30,051 nt of DNA from positions 1 through 30,051 of IMG/VR virus record IMGVR_UViG_3300017691_000005. One strand, written 5' to 3'. The position numbers were made by a program, and so were the translations under genes. Under the pieces are notes generated by a model. It searched no databases. It was not told where the DNA came from and saw only the letters and a list, made by a program, of their open reading frames with translations. Positions 24,201 to 30,051 of the stretch are shown here, piece by piece. Positions within the stretch are counted from its first letter, which is position 1, and each line of letters opens with the position of its first letter. Origin of the DNA: a virus (lineage: Duplodnaviria; Heunggongvirae; Uroviricota; Caudoviricetes).

Positions 24201-27200
24201 ACGATGGCGAATTGACTCAGGGTGCTGCCGGTGCTGCTAGAACTGCTGCTGAAACTTTCTATGAGCAATTTGCTTCTGCTGACCCTGGAAACAGAGGCGC
24301 ACTACTTAGCGGGTTGAACAAGAAACTTGAAGCAGAGACTGCTCAAACTATGGCTAATGTTAACTCCATAGTTTCTATGAATGGTCAGAAAGTTTATGAT
24401 GGACCTGCGGGAGTCATCAAGGCAATGCGTGAGGAAATGAAGAAGGCTGGTGCAGCATCTACAGAACTCAACAATGCGACTTATCTGAGGGGAACACAAC
24501 TAGCAAAGACACTCAACCTAGATACTAAGCAAATTGAAGTGTTGATGAACAACGCTGCTATGGAAAGAGAGTTCGCTCAACAAATTGCTCGTAGCAATGG
24601 AATGAGTGACAAGCAAATTGCTAAGATTGAGACTCTTGAGGATGTATCTAGAGACACTGGTTATGCGTTCAAGGAGGCTGCCGGTGGTAATAAGCAACTA
24701 GAAGGTGCTTCCCAGGCTGCTACTGCTGCTATGGAAGAACAACAAGCGGTTGCGGCAGATCTAGCAGAGACAATGCGTAATGACATTGTTGACGCTATGA
24801 AGACTGCTTCCAGTAGCGCAATGGATGCTGTTTATTCTAAAGCCGATGACATGCTTGCCTCTCAACAAGAAGGCATTATTGACGGTATCAAGGCTAAGGG
24901 CGACGCTGATATTTCTGCTTTGGAAGCAAGGGCTGAACGCGCTAACGATAGATTTGAGGCTAGAAAAGATGCTATCCAAGAAGAAACCGAAAGACTCAAT
25001 GACGACCTAAAGAAGTCACAAAAGCAAGAGTCTAAGGCTTTCGATAAGCGCTGGGATGACATGATGAAGTCTCATGAAAAGACATGGGACGCTCGTCAGA
25101 AAACTGAAGAAGATGCTTATGATGCTCGTATCAAAGCCATTGAAGATGAGATTGAGGCTGAAGAAAAGGCTGACGAAATTCGTCAACGCCTGTTTGAAGC
25201 AGAGATCACTCGTATTCAAAGACTTTCTCAGATGTTCAACACAAACATCGATTTCAATTCAGCGCTTAACTCTGGAAACATTGATGAAGCGGCTAAACTT
25301 GCCAGCACTGCTCAAGCAACTCAGTTGCAATGGAGTGTTGATGATCAAAGAGCAAACACAACTAGTTCATTGGACCAGAAGAAAGAGGCTCTCAATGGTC
25401 AGAAAGATGCTCTTCAGAAAGATAAGGAAGCACGCCTAAATCAACTTAAGGAAATGCAGGAGGCTGAGAAGGAAGTACTTGACGCTCGTAAAGAGCAGGA
25501 ACAAGAACTTTTGGATGTTCGCCAACAGAATGCTCAAAAAGCATTAGACGTCGAGCGAGACAGAATGCTTAAAACTCTCGATGCTGAAAAGGACGCTTAC
25601 AACAAGGGCGTTTCAGCCAATAAAGAGAGATTGCAAAAGCGTACTCAGGCTAACCAAGATGCTGCTAACAAAGAATTTAAGGCCAACAAGGAAAAATTAG
25701 ACCTTGAATTGATGCAACTCAAGGCTTTCATTCCCAAGGATGAAAAAGAACGTCAAGAGCACATCAAGAGAATTCAGTCTGCCTATGAGAAGTATGGTAG
25801 TGGTCTTAAGTTAAGTGGTAGTGAGTGGAGCAAGTATATCGGAGACTCTTTGGTTGCTAGTGTTGATACCGCAAAGGTCAACATGCAGGAAAAGAAGAAG
25901 TGGCAAGAAGTTGGTAACTCTATTACCGACGGTATGGCCTCTGCATTTGATATTACAGGCGCTCAATTGATGCAATGGCTAAAGACTGGAATTTACCCAA
26001 CACGTACTGGTGTCGTTGGTGGTGGAAAGCCTACTGGCGGTAAGATCGGTCAAACTGCTAGACACAGCGGTGGTGGAATTGGATGGAGTTCTAAAGATAG
26101 AACAGGAGTACCACGTAGTTCTAGCCTTTACCCATCTGAGTACTCAACCATTCTTAAAAAGAGGGAGTTTGTTGTTAATGAGAAGGCTTCTAGAAAGCAC
26201 GGACCTCTTCTTAATGCTATAAACAGTGGTTCTTATCACGAAGGTGGAATGGTTGGAGTAACTGCTCGTCATGAGGGCGGACTTGCTTCTATTGCTACCG
26301 GAATGGCTGCATCTGTCGGTAAGATGATTGCTTACTCAATTGGTCAGAGTATGACCAGTGCATTATCAGAATCCGCATTCGGAGGAATGTATGGAATTGC
26401 TGAAAAGGGTAAGTTTGGTAACACTAATCTTGATGATGAGCAATTAAGAAACGCTTCTAGCATCATGAACACTGGTAAGAACTTAGGTGCTTCTACCAGA
26501 GACATTATGATTGCTTTGATGACTGCCCTTCAAGAGTCATCTTTGAGAAACCTTGCCGGTGGAGACAGAGATTCGGTCGGTCTATTCCAGCAACGTCCTT
26601 CTCAGGGCTGGGGAACAGTTGCTCAAATTCGTGACCCTAACTACGCTGCGACTAAGTTCTTTGAGGCTTTGTTCAAGGTAAACAACAGAGATGGATTAGC
26701 ACCTACTGTTGCTGCTCAAAAAGTTCAGCGTTCAGCCTTCCCAAATGCGTATGCAAAATGGGAAGATGAAGCACTCGCCATCATGTCCGCAACACCTATC
26801 ATGGCTGCTGTAAACGCTCAGTTGAGTGGATCAGTTGGAGCGGGTGGACGTACTGTTGAATTACTTCAGCAAATGATGTCTAGAAGTGGATTGCCTTACC
26901 GAGTTACATCAACAACAGGTGGACAGCACTCACAGGCTTCTTACCACTACAAGGGGCAGGCGATTGATGTTGCCGGTCCTAGACCGGGCGTTGACACTCC
27001 TGAAATGGCTGCTATCGCTCAATATCTATACCGCAACTACGGTAATGGTTTGGCCGAACTGATTTACGCAGGCCCAGGTGGAATAGGCTTGAAGAACGGA
27101 AGGCCGTTTAATTACAGTAATGGAATTCTTCAGTCTCACAGAAATCACGTTCACGTTGCCGCTACACCTGACAGTTTGTCAGCACTAAGAATTCCTGGTC

Positions 27201-27457
27201 TTAAGGTCGGTGGAGAGATTAGATACGATAACACTCTTGCTAATCTACACAAGAATGAAACAGTACTTACTGCTCCATTATCTGCTAAACTTAATGAAGG
27301 AATTAACAACATTAGTAACGCTGGTGACACTAATGTTAATATTGATCTTAGAGGTGCTCATGTCACCCAAGATACTGTACAAGATATTAGAAAGGTTGTC
27401 CGTGATGTTCTTGATCAAAGAGACAATCGTAACGGAAGGAGCCGTAGAGTAGGTTGA
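21221..27457 (+). CDS. Tape measure protein with C-terminal lysozyme-like and M15-like peptidase domains
   Basis: Very long Ala-rich helical ORF with a TP901-like core (NWGKNTQWAGRQ...GVNAAEGANALKS). The frame is open 34 codons upstream of the first ATG (21323); probable ATA start at 21221 after GAGGAG. Confidence 0.93.
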   Translation: MESVNIRFSGSANFGDVNKQIKALQSNFSNLNQTMQSALSNASYQNKPSVYRDQIASLKQYRAQINEAVQAHGDFAVSQHKVISSTERFNDAVRKNKIGIGDVLTGNIRENLKMMKQAQREQAALQNSMGTTWSSGTPGKSNVDLFVPRNLSASMNDIRQRYGYINQVVSSIATQTVNWGKNTQWAGRQIMVGITVPLGIAAAGMAKLTYDTDKQLTRIAKVYDLQTTAAMSSINQQSAGENELRQLREQSLNDAIQLAKDYGQSVNDTLELQANLAATGLSGDSLRNMTKEVSRIAALGELTTQQSTDMAVALKTAFRMTDEGVVHFNDFANAVENATSLSIQDIAEATPRAASALAGLGVTAEEMTVLLVSMKEAGVNAAEGANALKSATTRILRPTPQAKNIFSQYNIDLQALVDSTQGNLFKTLKKLSPAMEQMTDYQRQQAIAALFGTYQFNRLNAALANLNDTTTQAGTAMEIMGKNEEELASISAGELEKAAKSASGTFDRLVESIKGELAKMGQPLLEAINPVLSVINTMFETFNKMPDSAKKFSLIALAAVGIIGPVMMLVGVFGNLIGSFLKGAAVFSNLFLRFKMMTAEERAAAVAAKQTTNVFDTQAMSAARLEQSMKMLNAQMALYTRAQGGITPVDGPNGMSAQGQNSTMRRNSRGQIIYGAGSKDASGKAIGGRGVSAEDKARFEALENSTDDMAQNSKKFSVNMERATAAGIGLTTAAVAVSGMAGNGNKMVTDFATIATTALIIQQALSVIPFGKIATSMKTMSGAATAGVATNAGKASGIISKIGTSLKAAAPLAAGLWPVAAAAAVAFSAYELYEWSQKTRKEWDQIVNQGKTLASIVGATGEIQQVDSVTGEKKVSDLETRTKNVQALKDSNEDLFKSYKKLNDSDLYNTAVQAGLSVKFRDGTPEQVRQAMETVLAAAGKGNLEIQDIMVKINKVDFDNPEEVAALVDQSIGEALESAKTKNKDRKWWNLALNDGELTQGAAGAARTAAETFYEQFASADPGNRGALLSGLNKKLEAETAQTMANVNSIVSMNGQKVYDGPAGVIKAMREEMKKAGAASTELNNATYLRGTQLAKTLNLDTKQIEVLMNNAAMEREFAQQIARSNGMSDKQIAKIETLEDVSRDTGYAFKEAAGGNKQLEGASQAATAAMEEQQAVAADLAETMRNDIVDAMKTASSSAMDAVYSKADDMLASQQEGIIDGIKAKGDADISALEARAERANDRFEARKDAIQEETERLNDDLKKSQKQESKAFDKRWDDMMKSHEKTWDARQKTEEDAYDARIKAIEDEIEAEEKADEIRQRLFEAEITRIQRLSQMFNTNIDFNSALNSGNIDEAAKLASTAQATQLQWSVDDQRANTTSSLDQKKEALNGQKDALQKDKEARLNQLKEMQEAEKEVLDARKEQEQELLDVRQQNAQKALDVERDRMLKTLDAEKDAYNKGVSANKERLQKRTQANQDAANKEFKANKEKLDLELMQLKAFIPKDEKERQEHIKRIQSAYEKYGSGLKLSGSEWSKYIGDSLVASVDTAKVNMQEKKKWQEVGNSITDGMASAFDITGAQLMQWLKTGIYPTRTGVVGGGKPTGGKIGQTARHSGGGIGWSSKDRTGVPRSSSLYPSEYSTILKKREFVVNEKASRKHGPLLNAINSGSYHEGGMVGVTARHEGGLASIATGMAASVGKMIAYSIGQSMTSALSESAFGGMYGIAEKGKFGNTNLDDEQLRNASSIMNTGKNLGASTRDIMIALMTALQESSLRNLAGGDRDSVGLFQQRPSQGWGTVAQIRDPNYAATKFFEALFKVNNRDGLAPTVAAQKVQRSAFPNAYAKWEDEALAIMSATPIMAAVNAQLSGSVGAGGRTVELLQQMMSRSGLPYRVTSTTGGQHSQASYHYKGQAIDVAGPRPGVDTPEMAAIAQYLYRNYGNGLAELIYAGPGGIGLKNGRPFNYSNGILQSHRNHVHVAATPDSLSALRIPGLKVGGEIRYDNTLANLHKNETVLTAPLSAKLNEGINNISNAGDTNVNIDLRGAHVTQDTVQDIRKVVRDVLDQRDNRNGRSRRVG

Positions 27458-27846
27458 AATTCAGCAAGCCACGCCTTTTAAGGTGGAACAATAATGCTAT
27501 ATCTGATCACAATAGATCAGGTTTAGGTGTTGACTTCACAAGAATAGGAACTAACCATAGGACTGCAAATGGAACTGCTAGGTCTTATTTCGTTGCAGAT
27601 AAGAGAGCCTTTAGCGTTAGTTGGACTGACCTTCCTCATTCAGCGGCTTTTACCGTTGATAATTTTTGGGGTGGTAAGGAAATAGAAACTTTCTATACCA
27701 ACAATCAATCTTTTACTTGTGAAATTACTAATGGTGATGGATCAATCGATGTTTATCAATGCTACTTTACTAATTTCAGTAGGAACATAAAAAAACGTGG
27801 TAAATATGATCTTTACGATATAGAAGCGTCGTGGGAACAAGTATGA
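27454..27846 (+). CDS. Minor tail protein (Dit-like, probable)
   Basis: TTG start overlapping the tape measure stop. DHNRSGL...RTANGTARSYFVADKRAFSVSWTDLP. Confidence 0.75.
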   Translation: MKFSKPRLLRWNNNAISDHNRSGLGVDFTRIGTNHRTANGTARSYFVADKRAFSVSWTDLPHSAAFTVDNFWGGKEIETFYTNNQSFTCEITNGDGSIDVYQCYFTNFSRNIKKRGKYDLYDIEASWEQV

Positions 27847-30051
27847 AAAATGTTTCTACCGAACTTATTAACACTATTCGTAATGAACAAACTGTCACAT
27901 CTGCCTATAGAGTAGTTGCCGAATGGAACATGAATAGGTACGTTCCAATCACTTCAGTGACTGTAAACGACGATAATACTTATCTTGATGCATTTCCCAT
28001 TAAAAGTGTTGTCTCCCCAGAACGACCATCCAAAAGCGGTATTGTTCGCATGGCTACTGACAATGGAATTATCGCGGAACCTGAAGATAATCTACCTGCA
28101 AGATACTATCCTGTTGCTACCGATGATCCCTACAAGTATTGGATATCAAAGCCGAGTAGCGGAGTAATTGTTGCCGGTGGAGGCTTCAGGTTTGCAACCA
28201 ACCCTGAAATAACTGCTATTTATGCAAAAGGTTTTAAAACAAACAAATTACAAATTTTGGTTGAGAATAATTTCAACCAAGTCATATCTGCATCTTTGCA
28301 AGTTAAGACTGAAATAGGATCAGACACTTGGAGCACCGTCAGCAATAATGTTACTTTTAATGCTGAAGGAAAAGGCGTTTTATATTTTCAAGGATCTTCA
28401 TGGTCAACTGGCGAGGGTAGTTATCTAAATAACACAATCACCATCTATGGTTTAAGACTTACGATAAATGCTGTTGCCAAAAGAGAGCAACCTGTGGGTA
28501 TTATTGAAATCAGTCCTCGTCTCGTATCAGACATATCTCAATATATTATTGATATGTCTGTTGATGACGAATTAAGTGATGTTTCTTTCACTTCACCCAT
28601 CGGTGCGGCGTCTTCTAATCAAGCGTCACTAACTCTATCTAATACAGATGGTACGTTTAATAACGATAATACTTCTTCACCATATTACGAACTTCTAGAC
28701 AAGAACGTATTAATTTACGGGGAAGTTGGAATCAAGGTTGGCGGGTCTTTTGAGTACGTCCGAATGTTTACCATGCTCAGTCAAAATTGGTCTGGTCAAA
28801 CAACTGAAGAAGTAAGAGTAAATCTAGAAGATGATTCTTCTAGAATGAAATTATCGATTCCACCTAAGATGTTGCTAGAAGATATAAATATTGGTAAAGC
28901 AATATCTATTCTTTGTGACGTCATGGGCTACACCAATTACTTGTATTCTTTGAGCGTACTTGATGGCAGTCAAACTATTGATTTCTTCATTGTCGATGGT
29001 GAAAAGACTTTGTGGGAGATCATATCTGAACTGTCAGTGGGTACTCAAACAGTCGTGTACTTTGACTGCTTCAATGTCATGCAAATCAAATCCAGAAATA
29101 CTTTCTTGAATCAAAGTAGAGATGCAGTTTGGAGATTAGAGTACGAACGTAATGGTTTGGCATTGCCAGATATTATCTCTTATGAGGAAGAATATCTTAT
29201 GGAGGCTAATTCAGTTGACGTTGTGTACACACCCACTAAACTTTCTGAGTTCAACAACGGACAACCTAAGATGGAAGTTTCTTGGGAGCCAGAAGATACT
29301 ATGGTACTTCGCGCTGCGCCATTATCTCTAACGCTAGAAGATAATGGTAGAACGGTTACCATTCCACCTGAAAAAGCGGCGACGTGGCCGTTTGAAGGTA
29401 TGTTGCATATTGATGCTGAAGTTATTCGTTTCAAAGGTAAATCTTATGAATATTGGTTAGACAGCGCTTATTCTGTGACTGTTAAAGTCAATAGCCAGGA
29501 AGAGCAAAAGCGTTATGACGCGATGACTCCTGACAGACTGAGATATAGAAACAAATATATCGGAGTACTTCATGTCACTACTCGCGGGGTAAATAATACT
29601 CCTATTTCTCGTCATTCTAGGACAACTGAGGAGAATTGGCAGGGGTACATTACCGAGGATGGGGTCACTAATCCTTGGACATGGAATGGTGGCTATTCTG
29701 TCAATAACAGCATAATGACTTTGACAACCAACTATACGTTTAGGGAGCAGAACAATTATTGTGTTCGTAGCCCTAGTTTTGCAAACCCTGCCCCTGGTAA
29801 CAAAGTTCATTACGGAACAAGGCTAAAATTCCGAGAAGGTTATTCTCCAAATAATCTGGGAGAGGCTGGAATATTCATTGCTTCCAACCCAACTAACTTT
29901 GTTGGATATTGGGTTTCTCTCAGACTTACCGAAGCCGTAGAAGCAACAAACCGATTCCGTAATGAAGTTGCTATCTGGGGTCGCATGGGTGATTACTGGA
30001 CAACTACTTATGACCACCAGCCGCTAGAAATCCGTAGGGGCGTCTGGTATG
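27843..30051 (+). CDS. Large minor tail / baseplate hub protein, partial (runs off the right edge)
   Basis: ATG 27843 overlaps the upstream TGA. MKNVSTELINTIRNEQ...AEWNMNRY...; spot-checked open at DFFIVDGEKTLWEIISELS and at the window end. Absent from the ORF track because it has no stop in the window. Confidence 0.85.
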   Translation, partial: MKNVSTELINTIRNEQTVTSAYRVVAEWNMNRYVPITSVTVNDDNTYLDAFPIKSVVSPERPSKSGIVRMATDNGIIAEPEDNLPARYYPVATDDPYKYWISKPSSGVIVAGGGFRFATNPEITAIYAKGFKTNKLQILVENNFNQVISASLQVKTEIGSDTWSTVSNNVTFNAEGKGVLYFQGSSWSTGEGSYLNNTITIYGLRLTINAVAKREQPVGIIEISPRLVSDISQYIIDMSVDDELSDVSFTSPIGAASSNQASLTLSNTDGTFNNDNTSSPYYELLDKNVLIYGEVGIKVGGSFEYVRMFTMLSQNWSGQTTEEVRVNLEDDSSRMKLSIPPKMLLEDINIGKAISILCDVMGYTNYLYSLSVLDGSQTIDFFIVDGEKTLWEIISELSVGTQTVVYFDCFNVMQIKSRNTFLNQSRDAVWRLEYERNGLALPDIISYEEEYLMEANSVDVVYTPTKLSEFNNGQPKMEVSWEPEDTMVLRAAPLSLTLEDNGRTVTIPPEKAATWPFEGMLHIDAEVIRFKGKSYEYWLDSAYSVTVKVNSQEEQKRYDAMTPDRLRYRNKYIGVLHVTTRGVNNTPISRHSRTTEENWQGYITEDGVTNPWTWNGGYSVNNSIMTLTTNYTFREQNNYCVRSPSFANPAPGNKVHYGTRLKFREGYSPNNLGEAGIFIASNPTNFVGYWVSLRLTEAVEATNRFRNEVAIWGRMGDYWTTTYDHQPLEIRRGVWY

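Noticed and set aside
1002-30017. Numerous short antisense and alternate-frame ORFs in the track (e.g. 2194..2514, 4728..5111, 10435..10779, 25074..25439)
   Set aside because: They overlap well-supported genes and lack initiation signals or recognisable motifs, so they are shadow ORFs.
1-30051. CRISPR array, DGR, integrase, transposon, tRNA/rRNA genes, terminase
   Set aside because: No regularly spaced repeats, reverse transcriptase, recombinase, transposase, RNA-gene signatures or terminase ATPase motifs were seen in this window.

Overview
This is a segment of a large, low-GC (roughly 40-45% by eye) tailed dsDNA phage with siphovirus morphogenesis genes. The host is most likely actinobacterial: the NrdE/NrdF proteins are Corynebacteriales-like, the Shine-Dalgarno sites are AGAAAGGA/GGAGG type, and several genes look leaderless. 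Gene order resembles large actinophages such as Streptomyces BE/BK and Rhodococcus CB/CE types (an inference, not a search result). Left end: two leftward hypothetical genes and a structured, divergent intergenic region. Rightward: GT-B glycosyltransferase, a complete class Ib ribonucleotide reductase operon (nrdH-nrdI-nrdE-nrdF), a 41-aa acidic ORF coupled to an M15-peptidase endolysin, five fibre/lectin-like virion genes, portal, protease-scaffold, major capsid protein, head-tail connectors, major tail protein, a frameshifted tail assembly chaperone pair, a ~2,080-aa tape measure protein with two C-terminal cell-wall hydrolase domains, a Dit-like protein, and a large minor tail protein running off the window. 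The strongest unexplained signals are two ORF-free promoter-to-terminator cassettes that look like small RNAs: 646->547 on the minus strand, with two hairpins whose loops are exactly complementary, and 6622-6752 on the plus strand. Several non-standard translation signals are also visible: a nested scaffold start, a -1 slippery site, a probable ATA start or UGA readthrough for the tape measure gene, and recurrent leaderless starts. All RNA structures and promoters were read by eye and need computational and experimental confirmation.
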